A stretch of DNA of 64,000 nucleotides from an uncultured delta proteobacterium. Its GTDB lineage: Bacteria; Desulfobacterota; Binatia; DP-6. The notes under the pieces are model-generated. The model worked only from the letters and a program-made list of their open reading frames with translations. It had not been told where the DNA came from and ran no database searches. A program made the translations under genes and the position numbers. Positions 11,837 through 22,681 of the stretch are shown here, in pieces. The first letter of the stretch is position 1; every line of letters starts with the position of its first letter. The DNA lies in assembly GCA_963815115.1 (NCBI GenBank), contig CAWFFN010000009.1, positions 288,001 through 352,000 on the forward strand, written 5' to 3'.

Positions 11837-13224
11837 AGGTTCATCTGATCGCCGCCTGCGGCGTCGGCATGAGCGCGCTCGCGGTGTTGCTGCGTGAGGC
11901 GGGGCACACGGTGAGCGGCTCGGACGAGCAGGCCTATCCCCCCGCGAGCACCGTGCTGCGCGCGATCGGCGTCACCCTGTCCGCGGGCTGGGAGCCGCGG
12001 CGGCTGGCCGGCGTCGACCTCGTCATCTGCGGAAACGCGGTGACGCGCCACAACCCGGAGGCGGCGGCGGCCCGCGAGCAGGGCATGCGCACCATGTCGT
12101 TCCCGCAGGCCCTCGAGGAGCTCTTCCTGGTCGAGCGCCGGCCGCTGGTGGTGGCCGGAACGCACGGCAAGACCACCTCGGCTTCCATGCTGGCGTTCGT
12201 GCTCCAGCGCTGCGGCCGCGATCCCGGCTGGCTGATCGGCGGCGCGCCTCGCGATCTTCCGTCCAGCGCCGCACTCGGCGGCAGCCCCTGGTTCGTCGTC
12301 GAGGGCGACGAGTACGACAGCGCGTACTTCGACAAGGAGCCGAAGTTCCTCCACTACCGGCCCCACGCGTTGCTGCTCACGGCGGTCGAGTTCGACCACG
12401 CCGACATCTACCGCGACCTGGACGCGGTGAAGGCGGCCTTCCGGAAGCTCCTCGGCCTGCTGCGCCCCGGCGCGCCGCTGGTGGCGTGCGGCGACTTCCC
12501 GCACCTGCTGGACGTGCTCGCGGGGACCTCGGCGGACGTCGGGCGCTTCGGGCTCGGCGAGGCGAACAGGTGGCGAGTGACCGATCTGGTCGACGACGGT
12601 CTGACCCACTTCCGCATCCGGGACGGTGACGAGGCGGTCTGCGAGGTGACCCTGCAGGCGCCGGGGCCGATCAACGCGCGCAACGCGCTCGGCGTGCTCC
12701 TCGTGGCGCGCGAGCTCGGCGTGTCCTGGAACGCCGGGGCGGCAGCCCTGCGCCAGTTCCGGGGCGTGAGTCGCCGTCAGGAGATCGTCGGCGAGTCCCG
12801 TGGCGTCACCGTGATCGACGACTTCGCCCACCATCCGACGGCGGTCGCGGGCACGCTGGCGGCGCTGCGCCTGCGCTATCCGGGCCGCCGGCTGCGCGCC
12901 GTGTTCGAACCGCGCTCCAACACGAGCCGGCGCCGGGTCTTCGAGCACGAGTTCGGGGACGCGCTGGCCCGTGCCGACGAGGTCGTGCTCGCTGCAGTGT
13001 TCGTGAAGGCGAACGACCCGATTCCAGAGGCCGAGCGGCTCTCGCCCGATACGATCGTCGAGCAGGTCGCCCGGCGCGGCATCCCGGCGCGGACCATCGA
13101 CGGCGTGGGGCCGATCCGCGACTACCTGGTCTCCTCCGTCCGATCCGGTGACGTCATCGTCATCATGTCGAACGGCTCCTTCGGAGGACTGCCGAGGCTC
13201 GTCTCCGACGCGCTCGGTGCATAG
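11833..13224 (+). CDS. mpl: Murein peptide ligase (Mpl/MurC family)
   Basis: HLIAACGVGMSALA, AGTHGKTTS, EGDEYDSAYFDKEPKFLHY, EFDHADIY, DDFAHHPTA, FEPRSNT, MSNGSFGG. Confidence 0.9.
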   Translation: MKVHLIAACGVGMSALAVLLREAGHTVSGSDEQAYPPASTVLRAIGVTLSAGWEPRRLAGVDLVICGNAVTRHNPEAAAAREQGMRTMSFPQALEELFLVERRPLVVAGTHGKTTSASMLAFVLQRCGRDPGWLIGGAPRDLPSSAALGGSPWFVVEGDEYDSAYFDKEPKFLHYRPHALLLTAVEFDHADIYRDLDAVKAAFRKLLGLLRPGAPLVACGDFPHLLDVLAGTSADVGRFGLGEANRWRVTDLVDDGLTHFRIRDGDEAVCEVTLQAPGPINARNALGVLLVARELGVSWNAGAAALRQFRGVSRRQEIVGESRGVTVIDDFAHHPTAVAGTLAALRLRYPGRRLRAVFEPRSNTSRRRVFEHEFGDALARADEVVLAAVFVKANDPIPEAERLSPDTIVEQVARRGIPARTIDGVGPIRDYLVSSVRSGDVIVIMSNGSFGGLPRLVSDALGA

Positions 13225-15218
13225 AGCTGGCGGTAGATCTCGTAGTGCTGGATGACCGCTTTCACGTAGTCGCGCGTCTCCCGGTAGCTGATCAGCTCGA
13301 CGAACTCGTCCTCCGGACGTCCGCCGTACCGCCGCTCCCATCGGCCGACGGCGTCCTCGCCGGCGTTGTACGCGGCGAGCGCCTTCACGCGGGATCCGCC
13401 ATAGCGATCGAGAAGCCGCCGGAGCAGCGACGTGCCGAGGTCGACGTTGGTCGCCACCCGGTGCAACGCCTCTCGATCGGGGGGCGGCAGCCCCGAGGCC
13501 GCCGCCAGGTCACGCGCGGTGCTCGGAAGCAGCTGCATGAGCCCGTGCGCGTCGGCCGGCGAGACCGCGTCCGGGAAGAAGAGGCTTTCCTGCCTGATGA
13601 GGGCCGCCACCAGCAGGGGATCGAGGCCACGGGCCTCGGCCATGGGCCGGACCACTTCCCAGTAGCCGAGGGGGTAGAGGTAGCGTCGCTCCGTGTTCGT
13701 GACGGAGGAGCGTGCGAGACGGAGTGCCGGCCCCGGCGCGTCGACGGCGGCGTAGGCCTGGAGCAGCGAAGCCGTCGAGGCCGAGGGCGCGAGGGCTTCC
13801 AGCTCGCGCTGAGCCAGGCGATGCAGGCCGAGCTCGGCGTAGCGCCGCGCCCGGTCGGCGTGCGGACCGGCGAGCGACTCGGGAAACGGCGGCAGCCGGG
13901 CCTCCAGGTCCCGCGTCGGCCCGGAAGCGGTCGCGATGCCCAGCCGGGCAGTCGCGAGCACGCCGTAGAACGTCTCGCCATGCTGCTGCGCGACGTGTGT
14001 GAGCTTCGCCTTCGCCTCCGGCGCGCCGGCATACTCGAGCGCCCGCGCCTCCCAGTATTCGGCGGCCACGCGGGTATCGTGCTCGCTCTCGCCGGCGAGC
14101 CGCGCGAATATCCTGGCCGCGTCGGGGAAGTCGCCCCCCATGTAGCGAACCCAGCCTGCCCGCCAGCGCGCTTCCTGAGCGGAGCGGGCGGAGGGATAGC
14201 GTTCCGCGAGCGAGGTGTAGGAGGCGTAGGCGGCGTCGAAGTCGCCGACTTCCTGCTGGATGCGTCCCATGGCGTAGAGCGCTTCCGGTGCCTCGCTGCT
14301 GCTGGGGAAGCGCCGGGCCAGATCCCGGAAGAGCTTGAGCGCGGTGGCGTCGTCGTCTGCGTTCCAGCGCCAGTGCGCGGCCTGACCGAGCGCCCGCGCG
14401 CTGTAGGCGCCGAGGTCGCTGGTGGCAAGCGCCAGGCAGAGCGCCTCGGCCGCTTCCGGGTGGCCGAGTGCCCGCTCGGCCCGGGCCTGGATCCAGAGCG
14501 CGCGGTCTCGTGCCTCGCGGCCGGGTCCGGAAGCCAGGACGACGAGCGCCTCGCGCTGCGCTCCCCGGGCATCACCCTCCGCCAGGCGAAGGTCGCCCTC
14601 GTCGAGACGCTCCTCCGGGCTCTCCTCCTCTCCGGCGCTCTGCCGGATGCGTTCGGCGAGACGCTGGACGCGGCGCATCGCCAGCCCACGCGGCTTGGAA
14701 TCGCGCAGATCGTCGACCACGGCCTGCGCCTCGCCGTCGTCACCCAGCTCGTGGGCCACCTCGGCCCGGCTCAGGCTCGCGATCGCGGCCTCGGGCTCGC
14801 CCGCTGGCAGCTTCGCCGCAGCGGCCTCGAACGCGTCACGCGCCCCGTTCAAATCCCCGGTTCGACGCCGAACGCGCCCCACATCGAGCTGCGCGTGCCC
14901 GGCCCAGATCGAGCCGGGAAAGCCGTCGACGAGGGTCCGGGCGATCGCCGTGGCCTCTCGGGCGTCGCCGGCTGCGACCGCCGTGCGGAGCTGCAGATAC
15001 AGGATGAGATCCCCGAGCTCGGCGTGGGTGGCGGCCTCGGCCAGCTTCGCCGGGAAGGCCGGGCCGACGTGCTTCCCGCCCGTTTCCGGGGTCCCGGGCT
15101 GATCGCCCGTGGCGACCGGCTGGTGGGTGTCGCGTGCGGAGTCGATGGTCGACTCTGGCCTGAGGCAGCCCGCGGCCATCACCAGCCCGGCAACCCAGCG
15201 CGCCGATCGGTGCCGCAT
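13122..15218 (-). CDS. TPR-repeat soluble lytic transglycosylase (Slt70-like), probable lipoprotein
   Basis: ALIRQES, GLMQL, AYNAGE, ETRDYVK motifs; N-terminal AAGC lipobox-like signal. Confidence 0.88.
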   Translation of the reverse strand: MRHRSARWVAGLVMAAGCLRPESTIDSARDTHQPVATGDQPGTPETGGKHVGPAFPAKLAEAATHAELGDLILYLQLRTAVAAGDAREATAIARTLVDGFPGSIWAGHAQLDVGRVRRRTGDLNGARDAFEAAAAKLPAGEPEAAIASLSRAEVAHELGDDGEAQAVVDDLRDSKPRGLAMRRVQRLAERIRQSAGEEESPEERLDEGDLRLAEGDARGAQREALVVLASGPGREARDRALWIQARAERALGHPEAAEALCLALATSDLGAYSARALGQAAHWRWNADDDATALKLFRDLARRFPSSSEAPEALYAMGRIQQEVGDFDAAYASYTSLAERYPSARSAQEARWRAGWVRYMGGDFPDAARIFARLAGESEHDTRVAAEYWEARALEYAGAPEAKAKLTHVAQQHGETFYGVLATARLGIATASGPTRDLEARLPPFPESLAGPHADRARRYAELGLHRLAQRELEALAPSASTASLLQAYAAVDAPGPALRLARSSVTNTERRYLYPLGYWEVVRPMAEARGLDPLLVAALIRQESLFFPDAVSPADAHGLMQLLPSTARDLAAASGLPPPDREALHRVATNVDLGTSLLRRLLDRYGGSRVKALAAYNAGEDAVGRWERRYGGRPEDEFVELISYRETRDYVKAVIQHYEIYRQLYAPSASETSLGSPPKEPFDMMTMTSPDRTEETR

Positions 15219-15287
15219 GACGGCATCTCCCGGCTACCATGCGCTCGGAACGCCGGCAACTTGACTCGTGCGCCGGTCGCCCGGACC

Positions 15288-16016
15288 ATGCCCGGCGTGC
15301 TGGCCGCCGCCGACGACACGACGACGTACATTGCCGCCGCACGGGCGGAGATTGCCGCCGCCGCACGCCGTGCGGGTCGCGACCCGGCGGCGGTACGGAT
15401 CATCGCCGTCACCAAGACGCTGCCGCCGGCCGCCGCCGTCGCGGCGCTCGCCGGCGGCATCGCCGATATCGGGGAAAATTACGTACAGGAGGCGACCCGC
15501 AAGCGCGCTGCCGTCAGCGGGCCCGCCACGTGGCATCTGATCGGCGGACTGCAACGGAACAAGGTGCGCGCCGCCCTTCGGGTCTTCGACTGGGTGCACA
15601 CCGTCGACTCGACCGAGCTGGCGGTCGCACTCCAGGCCGAGGCGCAGTCGCTCGGCCGGCGTCTCGCGAGTCTGATCCAGGTGAATCTGAGTGGTGCGGT
15701 GGGGCAGCGGGGCGCGGAGCCGGAACGGGTCGAGGCGCTCGCTCGATCCGTCCTCGGCCAGCCGTCGCTCGTTCTGCAGGGCTTGATGACGATCGCGCCC
15801 GCCGATGCGGCCCCGGAGACTCTCCGGAGCCACTTCCGGAGCGCGCGGGAGCTGCGCGACGAGGTCGGCCGGCGTCTCGGGGTTGAATTGCCCCACCTCT
15901 CTATGGGAATGAGCGATGATTTCTCGCTCGCCGTCGAAGAGGGCGCGACGTTCGTGCGGCTGGGGCGTGCGCTCTTCGGGCCTCGTCGATCTCGCTCCTG
16001 GCGGGAGGGTGCATGA
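15288..16016 (+). CDS. yggS: PLP homeostasis protein
   Basis: IIAVTKT, GENYVQE, WHLIGGLQRNK, LSMGMSDDF, GATFVRLGRALFG. Confidence 0.93.
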   Translation: MPGVLAAADDTTTYIAAARAEIAAAARRAGRDPAAVRIIAVTKTLPPAAAVAALAGGIADIGENYVQEATRKRAAVSGPATWHLIGGLQRNKVRAALRVFDWVHTVDSTELAVALQAEAQSLGRRLASLIQVNLSGAVGQRGAEPERVEALARSVLGQPSLVLQGLMTIAPADAAPETLRSHFRSARELRDEVGRRLGVELPHLSMGMSDDFSLAVEEGATFVRLGRALFGPRRSRSWREGA

Positions 16017-16822
16017 AGAAGATTGGCTTCATCGGAGCGGGCAACATGGCAGGAGCGCTCATCCGGGGTCTCCTCGCCTCTCAGCGTTTCAAGCCGGATG
16101 ACATCTGGGTGTCGGACCCAGTCGATTCCCAGGTCCGGCGGCTCAAGCGCGCGCACAAGGTGGATGGGACGCGCGACAATCGGCTTCTCGTCAAGCAGTC
16201 CCAGAGCGTCATCCTCGCCGTGAAGCCACAGATCATGGCCGCGGTGCTGGAGGAGATCCGCGTGGAGGCCACCCCGAAGAAGCTGTTCGTCTCGATCGCG
16301 GCAGGTTTCCCCCTGCGCCGTCTCGAGACCGGGCTCGGCGGCCAGGCGCGCGTGGTTCGGGTCATGCCGAACACACCCGTCCTCGTCGGTCGGGGCGTTT
16401 CCGTGGCCGTCGCGGGGAGCAAGGCCACGCCGGCTGATCTCAAGCAGACGCTCAAGCTGTTCAAGGCGGTCGGAGAGGCGGTGTCGATCACGGGTGAGGA
16501 CCTGCTGGATGCCGTCACGGCCCTCTCGGGCAGCGGGCCCGCCTTCGTTTACCTGTTCGCGGAGAGCCTCATCGAGGGCGGTGTCCGGGGCGGCCTACCG
16601 CAGAACCTGGCGACCCAGCTCGCCTACGCCACCATCGGCGGCGCCGCCTCGATGCTGGGCGAGAGCGGGCTCTCCGCTCGCGAGCTGCGCGACATGGTCA
16701 TCTCCCCGGGAGGGACCACGCTCGCGGGCCTGGGTGCGCTGGAGCAGCATCACTTCCGCGAGGCGGTGATCACCGCGGTGGAGACCGCGACGCGGCGGGC
16801 CCGAGAGCTCGCCGCCGCCTGA
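16013..16822 (+). CDS. proC: Pyrroline-5-carboxylate reductase
   Basis: GFIGAGNMA, VRVMPNTP, SGSGPAF, SPGGTT. Confidence 0.96.
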   Translation: MKKIGFIGAGNMAGALIRGLLASQRFKPDDIWVSDPVDSQVRRLKRAHKVDGTRDNRLLVKQSQSVILAVKPQIMAAVLEEIRVEATPKKLFVSIAAGFPLRRLETGLGGQARVVRVMPNTPVLVGRGVSVAVAGSKATPADLKQTLKLFKAVGEAVSITGEDLLDAVTALSGSGPAFVYLFAESLIEGGVRGGLPQNLATQLAYATIGGAASMLGESGLSARELRDMVISPGGTTLAGLGALEQHHFREAVITAVETATRRARELAAA

Positions 16823-16833
16823 GGTCCTCGGAC

Positions 16834-17169
16834 GTGGGAATCGTGCTCCGGCAGGTGATCCTCGCGATCGCGACGATTCTCAACAGCCTCCTCACGCTCT
16901 ACTTCTGGATACTTCTCGCGGCGGCGGTGATCTCGTGGGTGAGCCCGGATCCGAACAACCCGATCGTGCGCTTCCTGCGCGCGGTCACCGACCCGGTGCT
17001 CTACCGGGTCCGCCGGGCGTTGCCCTTCGTCTACGCGGCGGGCATCGACTTCTCGCCCCTCGTGGTGATGCTGGCCATCCAGTTCGTGAAGATGGTCGTC
17101 GTGCAGAGTCTCTACGAGCTGGCGGTGCAGATCGCCGCGTCCGCGCTCGACGGTCGCCGCCTTGGTTGA
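16834..17169 (+). CDS. yggT: YggT family membrane protein
   Basis: SWVSPDPNNPIVRFL...TDPVL...GIDFSP. Confidence 0.92.
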   Translation: MGIVLRQVILAIATILNSLLTLYFWILLAAAVISWVSPDPNNPIVRFLRAVTDPVLYRVRRALPFVYAAGIDFSPLVVMLAIQFVKMVVVQSLYELAVQIAASALDGRRLG

Positions 17170-17491
17170 ACCCGGCTGGGTGCTCCCGATCGCCGGGGGC
17201 AGCGTGCTGCGGCTCCACGTGCGCCCGGGGGCGTCGAGACCTGGTCTGGACGGCCTCCACGGCGGTGCCCTTGCGCTCCGCGTCGGCGCGCGTCCGGTCG
17301 GCGGAGCGGCCAACCGCGAGGTACTCCAGGTCCTGGCCGGCGCCCTCGGCGTCGCCATCTCGAGCCTGGAGATCGCCGGGGGACACCGCGGCCGGGAGAA
17401 GCGGATCCGGGTGCGCGGCCTCGATCCGCCCCGGGTGCGGGAGAGACTCGCCCCGCTCCTCCAGTTTGACAGGGCGGAGACCCGTGATTAA
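17162..17491 (+). CDS. DUF167/YggU family protein
   Basis: LHVRPGASR...PVGGAANRE...GHRGREK; follows yggT. Confidence 0.85.
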   Translation: MVEPGWVLPIAGGSVLRLHVRPGASRPGLDGLHGGALALRVGARPVGGAANREVLQVLAGALGVAISSLEIAGGHRGREKRIRVRGLDPPRVRERLAPLLQFDRAETRD

Positions 17492-17500
17492 GCCCGCCTC

Positions 17501-17845
17501 ATGCCGATCTACGAGTACCGGTGCGAGAAATGCGGGGTTTTCGAGGAGACGCAGCGTATCACCGACCCCGCCCTCGAGCGGTGCCCGACCTGTCGGCGCA
17601 AGGTACGGCGCCTCATCTCGAACACCAGCTTCCAGCTGAAGGGTGGCGGGTGGTACGTGACCGACTACGGGCGGGCCGGTCAACAGGGCCAGAAGACAGG
17701 CGAAAAGTCCGGCGAAAGCTCGTCCAGCGGGAGCGAGTCCAGCAAGGACACCGGCGGGTCGAGCGTGGACTCGTCCAGCACCAGCGACCGCAAGAGCACG
17801 GGCAAGAAGAAGGCAGAGGCCAAGGCCGCATCGGCCGACGCCTGA
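17501..17845 (+). CDS. FmdB-family zinc-ribbon protein
   Basis: [12 protein letters not shown]...CPTC...[13 protein letters not shown] plus Ser/Lys-rich tail. Confidence 0.9.
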   Translation: MPIYEYRCEKCGVFEETQRITDPALERCPTCRRKVRRLISNTSFQLKGGGWYVTDYGRAGQQGQKTGEKSGESSSSGSESSKDTGGSSVDSSSTSDRKSTGKKKAEAKAASADA

Positions 17846-19800
17846 CCCCGCCGACCGTCGTCGTCGGGACGGATACCGGCGGCACCTTCACGGATTTTGT
17901 CGCGCTGGTCGGGCGGCGCCTGCTCGTGTTGAAGGTGCGCTCGACGCCCGCCGACCCGGCGCGCGCCGTCAGCGAGGGACTCCGCCAGCTCGTCCCCGGG
18001 ACCGCGCCACGCTTGCACTACGGCTCGACCGTGGCGACGAACGCGCTGCTCGAACGGCGCGGCGCGCGGGTCGTCCTGCTCACCACCCGGGGTTTCGAGG
18101 ATCTCCTCGAGATCGGCCGCCAGACGCGTCCCGAGCTGTACGATCTCGAGCCTCGACGACCCGAGCCGCCCGTGCCGGCATCCCGTCGCATCGGGCTGCC
18201 CGAGCGCGTGCTGGTCGACGGCCGCATCGAACAGTCCCTCGACCGGCGCGCGGTCGCGCGGGCCGTCGCCGACGTCCGCCGCCACCACGCCGAAGCGGTG
18301 GCGATCTGTCTCCTCCACAGCTACCAGAACCCGGCGCACGAGGCCCGTCTGGTTGGTGCCCTGCGCGGCTCCGGGTTGCACGTGACGGCATCGCACCGGT
18401 TGCTGCGCGAGTACCGCGAGTACGAGCGCCTGGCGACCACGGTGGTGAATGCGTACGTCGGTCCTCTGATGGCGGCGCATCTCCGTCGCCTCGGGATCGG
18501 CGCGCGCGGCGGGCTGCGCGTCATGCAATCGAACGGCGGGCTGGTCGGCGGGGCGACGGCGGTCGCCGAGCCGGTGCGGACGGTGCTCTCCGGTCCGGCG
18601 GGTGGCGTGGCGGGTGCTTCCGATCGTGCCCGCCGGGCGGGATTCGATCGCGTCGTCACGCTCGACATGGGTGGCACGTCGACCGACGTCAGCCTGGTCG
18701 ACGGCACCGCCGCGTACCGCAGCGAGACGACCGTCGCCGGCATGCCGGTGCGGGTGCCGGCGATCGACATCCATACCGTGGGCGCGGGCGGCGGCTCCCT
18801 TGCACGCATCGACGCGGGCGGCGCCCTGCGCGTCGGGCCCGAGAGCGCGGGAGCCGATCCGGGGCCGGCCTGCTACGGCAGTGGAACGCGGCCGACCGTG
18901 ACCGACGCGAATCTCGTCCTCGGCAGGCTGGTCGAGACGGAGTTCCTCGGCGGCGGCATGCGCCTCGACGCCGAGCGCGCCCGGCAGGCGCTCACCGCGA
19001 TCGCCCGTCGGCTCGGCCGCCCGGTCGAGGCCGCCGCGGCCGGCGTGCTGGCAGTGGTGACGGCCGCCATGGAGCGGGCACTGCGCGTGATCACGGTCGA
19101 GCGCGGACACGACCCGCGGGACTTCGTGCTCGTCGCCTTCGGCGGTGCCGGCGGCCTGCACGCCGCAGACCTCGCGCGCTCGCTCGGCATGCGGCGCGTG
19201 TACGTACCGCGCCATCCCGGATTGCTCTCGGCCTGGGGCGTACTGTCCGCCGAGGTCATGCGCGACGCGAGTCGCACGCTGCGCCGCGTGTCACCGCCGC
19301 AGGCCGTGCTCGATCGTGGCTTTCGCGACCTCGAGGCGCCGCTGCGGCGGGCGCTCGCGCGCGACGGCGTCGAGCGGCCGCACCTCGATCGCCTCCTCGA
19401 CGTGCGCTACGCCGGACAGTCCTACGAGGTGACGGTTCCCTGTGCGGCGGGGTGGCCGGCGGACTTCCACGCGCGCCACCGGCGGCTCTTCGGCCATGCG
19501 GCACCCGATCGGCCACTCGAGGTGGTGACGCTCCGCCTGCGCGCCCGCGGCGAGCGGCTTCGGCTGCCCCGGGAGCGCGCGCCGCGCGGCACCGCGGCGC
19601 CCCCCACCACGAGGAGGGTGTACTTCGACGGCCGTGCGACGTCGGCGAGGGTCTACCGCCGCGACCACCTGAGCGCAGGCCGGCGGCTGCGCGGTCCGGC
19701 CGTGATCTGCGAGTACAGCGCCACGACACTGGTGCCGCCCGGCTGGCGGCTGCTGGTCGAGCCGCTCGGCGGCCTGGTTCTGGAGGACCGCGATGCGTGA
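17842..19800 (+). CDS. Hydantoinase/oxoprolinase subunit A; probable CTG start
   Basis: [64 protein letters not shown]. Confidence 0.9.
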   Translation: MTPPTVVVGTDTGGTFTDFVALVGRRLLVLKVRSTPADPARAVSEGLRQLVPGTAPRLHYGSTVATNALLERRGARVVLLTTRGFEDLLEIGRQTRPELYDLEPRRPEPPVPASRRIGLPERVLVDGRIEQSLDRRAVARAVADVRRHHAEAVAICLLHSYQNPAHEARLVGALRGSGLHVTASHRLLREYREYERLATTVVNAYVGPLMAAHLRRLGIGARGGLRVMQSNGGLVGGATAVAEPVRTVLSGPAGGVAGASDRARRAGFDRVVTLDMGGTSTDVSLVDGTAAYRSETTVAGMPVRVPAIDIHTVGAGGGSLARIDAGGALRVGPESAGADPGPACYGSGTRPTVTDANLVLGRLVETEFLGGGMRLDAERARQALTAIARRLGRPVEAAAAGVLAVVTAAMERALRVITVERGHDPRDFVLVAFGGAGGLHAADLARSLGMRRVYVPRHPGLLSAWGVLSAEVMRDASRTLRRVSPPQAVLDRGFRDLEAPLRRALARDGVERPHLDRLLDVRYAGQSYEVTVPCAAGWPADFHARHRRLFGHAAPDRPLEVVTLRLRARGERLRLPRERAPRGTAAPPTTRRVYFDGRATSARVYRRDHLSAGRRLRGPAVICEYSATTLVPPGWRLLVEPLGGLVLEDRDA

Positions 19801-21397
19801 GCTGGATGCGGTCGAGCTCGAGATCGCGAACCACCGCCTGGGCGCGATCGCCGAGGAGATGGGTGTCGTGCTCGGGCGCACGGCGCTCTCGCCCAACGTG
19901 AAGGAGCGCCGTGACTACTCCTGCGCCGTGTTCGACGCCCGCGGCTCGCTGGTCGCGCAGGCGGCGCACATCCCGGTGCATCTCGGCGCCATGCCGCTCT
20001 CGGTGCGCGCGGCCATCACCCGCGTTCCGATGGGGCCGGAGGACGTCGCGGTCCTGAACGATCCCTTCGCGGGCGGTACCCACCTGCCCGACGTGACGGT
20101 CGTGGCCCCGGTCTTCGCCCGCGGCGCCCGTCGCCCGTTCGCCTACGTCGCGAATCGCGCCCACCACGCCGACATCGGCGGCATGTCGCCGGGCTCGATG
20201 CCGCTCGCCAGCGACATCTTCCAGGAGGGGCTGCGCCTGCCGCCGGTGAAGCTGGTCGCGAACGGCCGGCTGGCCGCCGACGTGATCGCCATCTTCCTCG
20301 CCAACACCCGCGTGCCCGAGGAGCGCGCCGGCGACCTCGAGGCGCAGTGGGCGGCCCTGCGGGTGGGCGCCGGGCGGCTGCGGAGCCTGGCCGCGCGTCG
20401 GGGTGGGGTCGCGGTGCTGGCGCGCGAGATGGCCGCGCTCCAGGACTACTCGGCCGCGCTCATGCGTGCGACCCTGCGCGCCCTTCCCCGCGGCACCTAC
20501 CGCGGGCACGACGTGCTCGACGACGACGGCTTCGGGACCGACCGGCTCGCGCTCGCGGTGGCCGTGACCCTCGCCGGCGGTCGTGCGCGCGTCGACTTCA
20601 CCGGCACCGCGCCGCAGACGCGGGGGCCGCTGAACGCCAACCTCGCGGTCACGCGCTCGGCGGTGCTGTACGTCTTCACGGCGCTGGCGCGGGAGGCCAT
20701 CCCGCCGAACGAGGGGCTGTCGCGGCCGCTCACCGTCGTGGCCCCCGAGGGCTCGCTGGTGAACGCCCGGGCGCCGGCGGCGGTGGCCGGAGGAAACGTC
20801 GAGACGTCGCAACGCATCGTCGACGTGCTGCTGCGGGCGCTCGCCCGTGCCGCGCCGGACCGCGTGCCGGCGGCGAGCTGTGGCTCGATGAACAACGTCG
20901 CGCTCGGCAGCACTGCCGGCGCGCGGTCCTTCGCCTACTACGAGACGATCGCCGGCGGCGCAGGCGGCGGTCCCTCGCGGCCGGGGGCGTCCGCCGTCCA
21001 CACCCACATGACGAACACCATGAACACGCCGATCGAGGCGCTGGAGGCGTACTACCCGCTCCAGGTCCGGCGCTATTCCCTGCGACCGCACTCGGGAGGC
21101 CGCGGGCGCCATCCGGGTGGTGCGGGCGTGGTCCGCGAGCTGGCGTTTCTCACCGCGGCCGAGGTGACGCTGCTCGGAGAGCGGCGCCGCGTGCGGCCAT
21201 ACGGTCTTGCGGGTGGTGCGCCGGGCATGGCGGGACGCGACTGGCTATTTCATCGCGGCCGCCGCGTGCGGCTGCCCGGCAAGGCGACGCTGCGCGTGGA
21301 AAGCGGAGACCGCTTGCGTATCGAGACACCGGGCGGGGGCGGGTTCGGCCCCGCCCGGCGTCCCACACGTCGGATCAGGCGGCCTGGTGCTTCGTGA
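19793..21397 (+). CDS. Hydantoinase/oxoprolinase subunit B
   Basis: SPNVKERRDYSCA, HIPVHLG, NDPFAGGTHLPD, HHADIGG, HMTNTMNTPIE, TPGGGG. Confidence 0.92.
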   Translation: MRELDAVELEIANHRLGAIAEEMGVVLGRTALSPNVKERRDYSCAVFDARGSLVAQAAHIPVHLGAMPLSVRAAITRVPMGPEDVAVLNDPFAGGTHLPDVTVVAPVFARGARRPFAYVANRAHHADIGGMSPGSMPLASDIFQEGLRLPPVKLVANGRLAADVIAIFLANTRVPEERAGDLEAQWAALRVGAGRLRSLAARRGGVAVLAREMAALQDYSAALMRATLRALPRGTYRGHDVLDDDGFGTDRLALAVAVTLAGGRARVDFTGTAPQTRGPLNANLAVTRSAVLYVFTALAREAIPPNEGLSRPLTVVAPEGSLVNARAPAAVAGGNVETSQRIVDVLLRALARAAPDRVPAASCGSMNNVALGSTAGARSFAYYETIAGGAGGGPSRPGASAVHTHMTNTMNTPIEALEAYYPLQVRRYSLRPHSGGRGRHPGGAGVVRELAFLTAAEVTLLGERRRVRPYGLAGGAPGMAGRDWLFHRGRRVRLPGKATLRVESGDRLRIETPGGGGFGPARRPTRRIRRPGAS

Positions 21398-21734
21398 CGC
21401 GCTCGAGCCGGCGCTCGAGATCGCCGAGCCGGCGCTTCAGATCGGCGACGTCCTGCGCGCTGGCGAGCCCGACGCGAGACGCGGCCTCACCGGCCAGGCC
21501 CGTGAGGCGGTCGAAGACGAGGGTCCGCAGCCGTTGCCGCTGGGCGTCGAACTGCCCGACAGCCTTGTTGGCGCGCTTGCGAGCATCGCTCAGGACGTCG
21601 AGCGGCCCGCGGTTCACCATCGCGACCGCGTCCTTCCGAAGCCGGGTGACGAACTTCCGGCCCTCGGTCTGGGCGCGCTTCATCGAAGCCCGGACGTCGT
21701 CGAGCGAGAGACGAGCGGTGAGAGATTCAGCCAT
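21375..21734 (-). CDS. Phasin-like helical protein
   Basis: Amphipathic helical sequence ending VGLASAQDVADLKRRLGDLERRL; AGGAGG RBS. Confidence 0.55.
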   Translation of the reverse strand: MAESLTARLSLDDVRASMKRAQTEGRKFVTRLRKDAVAMVNRGPLDVLSDARKRANKAVGQFDAQRQRLRTLVFDRLTGLAGEAASRVGLASAQDVADLKRRLGDLERRLERVTKHQAA

Positions 21735-21897
21735 TGAGACACATCCTCCTGACAGACGATTGGCCCCGCTGAGGGGGCGACCCGGAAGCTACTACGCGCT
21801 GCGTCAATGTCAAGGGGTGGGTCGGCCAGCGGCCGCGCTCCGTTGACGGCTCTCGTGTATTCGAGTACTTGGCTTCCCTTTCCCGGGGTCCCGCGGC

Positions 21898-21971
21898 GGT
21901 CGCATAGCTCAGTTGGTTAGAGCGCCTGCTTCACACGCAGGAGGCCCGTGGTTCGAGTCCACGTGCGACCA
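21898..21971 (+). tRNA. tRNA-Val(CAC), CCA not encoded
   Basis: Acceptor GGTCGCA/TGCGACC, D arm AGCTCAGTTGGTTAGAGC, anticodon arm CCTGC-TTCACAC-GCAGG, T loop GGTTCGAGTCC. Confidence 0.96.
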
Positions 21972-21979
21972 TTCCCGAC

Positions 21980-22660
21980 ATGATCTCCCTGCGCGGCGTA
22001 CGGAAGGTCTTCGGGCATGGTGAGACCGCGGTCTGTGCGCTCGGCGGCGTGACGCTCGACATCCCGGCCGGACAGCTCGTGGCCGTGGTCGGTCCCAGCG
22101 GCTCGGGCAAGAGCACGCTCCTGCATCTGCTGGGCGGCCTCGACCAGGCCACCGAGGGAGAGATCGTCATCGGTGGCACCCCGATCTCCAGGATGAGCGA
22201 CGACGAGATCACCATCTTCCGGCGCCGGAAGATCGGCTTCGTGTTCCAGTTCTTCAATCTGCTCCCCACGCTGACGGCCGCGGAGAACGTCGCCCTGCCC
22301 CTCATGCTCGACGGCCGCAGCTGGCGCGAGGTGCGCTCGAAGGTCGACGCGGTGCTCGACCGGGTCGGGCTGGCGGGCCGGCGGCAGCATCGGCCCGACG
22401 AGCTCTCGGGCGGCGAGATGCAACGGGTGGCGATCGCGCGGGCGCTGGTCATCGACCCGGTGCTGATCCTCGCCGACGAGCCCACCGGAAACCTCGACTC
22501 CCGCACCGGCGAGCAGGTACTCGCCCTGGTCCGCGAGGCCAACCGCGGCGGCGCGACCGTCGTGCTCGTGACCCACGACGCGCGGGCCGCGAGCTACGGC
22601 AGGCGGACGGTCACCATGCAGGACGGCGGGATCGTGAGCGACACGACCAGCCCGTCGTGA
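21980..22660 (+). CDS. ABC transporter ATP-binding protein (LolD/MacB-like)
   Basis: [37 protein letters not shown]. Confidence 0.92.
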   Translation: MISLRGVRKVFGHGETAVCALGGVTLDIPAGQLVAVVGPSGSGKSTLLHLLGGLDQATEGEIVIGGTPISRMSDDEITIFRRRKIGFVFQFFNLLPTLTAAENVALPLMLDGRSWREVRSKVDAVLDRVGLAGRRQHRPDELSGGEMQRVAIARALVIDPVLILADEPTGNLDSRTGEQVLALVREANRGGATVVLVTHDARAASYGRRTVTMQDGGIVSDTTSPS

Positions 22661-22681
22661 AACGCGGGGCCTGGGCGCCGC

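Noticed and set aside
21898-22000. tRNA-Val as the integration site of the downstream island
   Set aside because: No duplicate of its 3' end was found in the window, and the following genes look like core genome.
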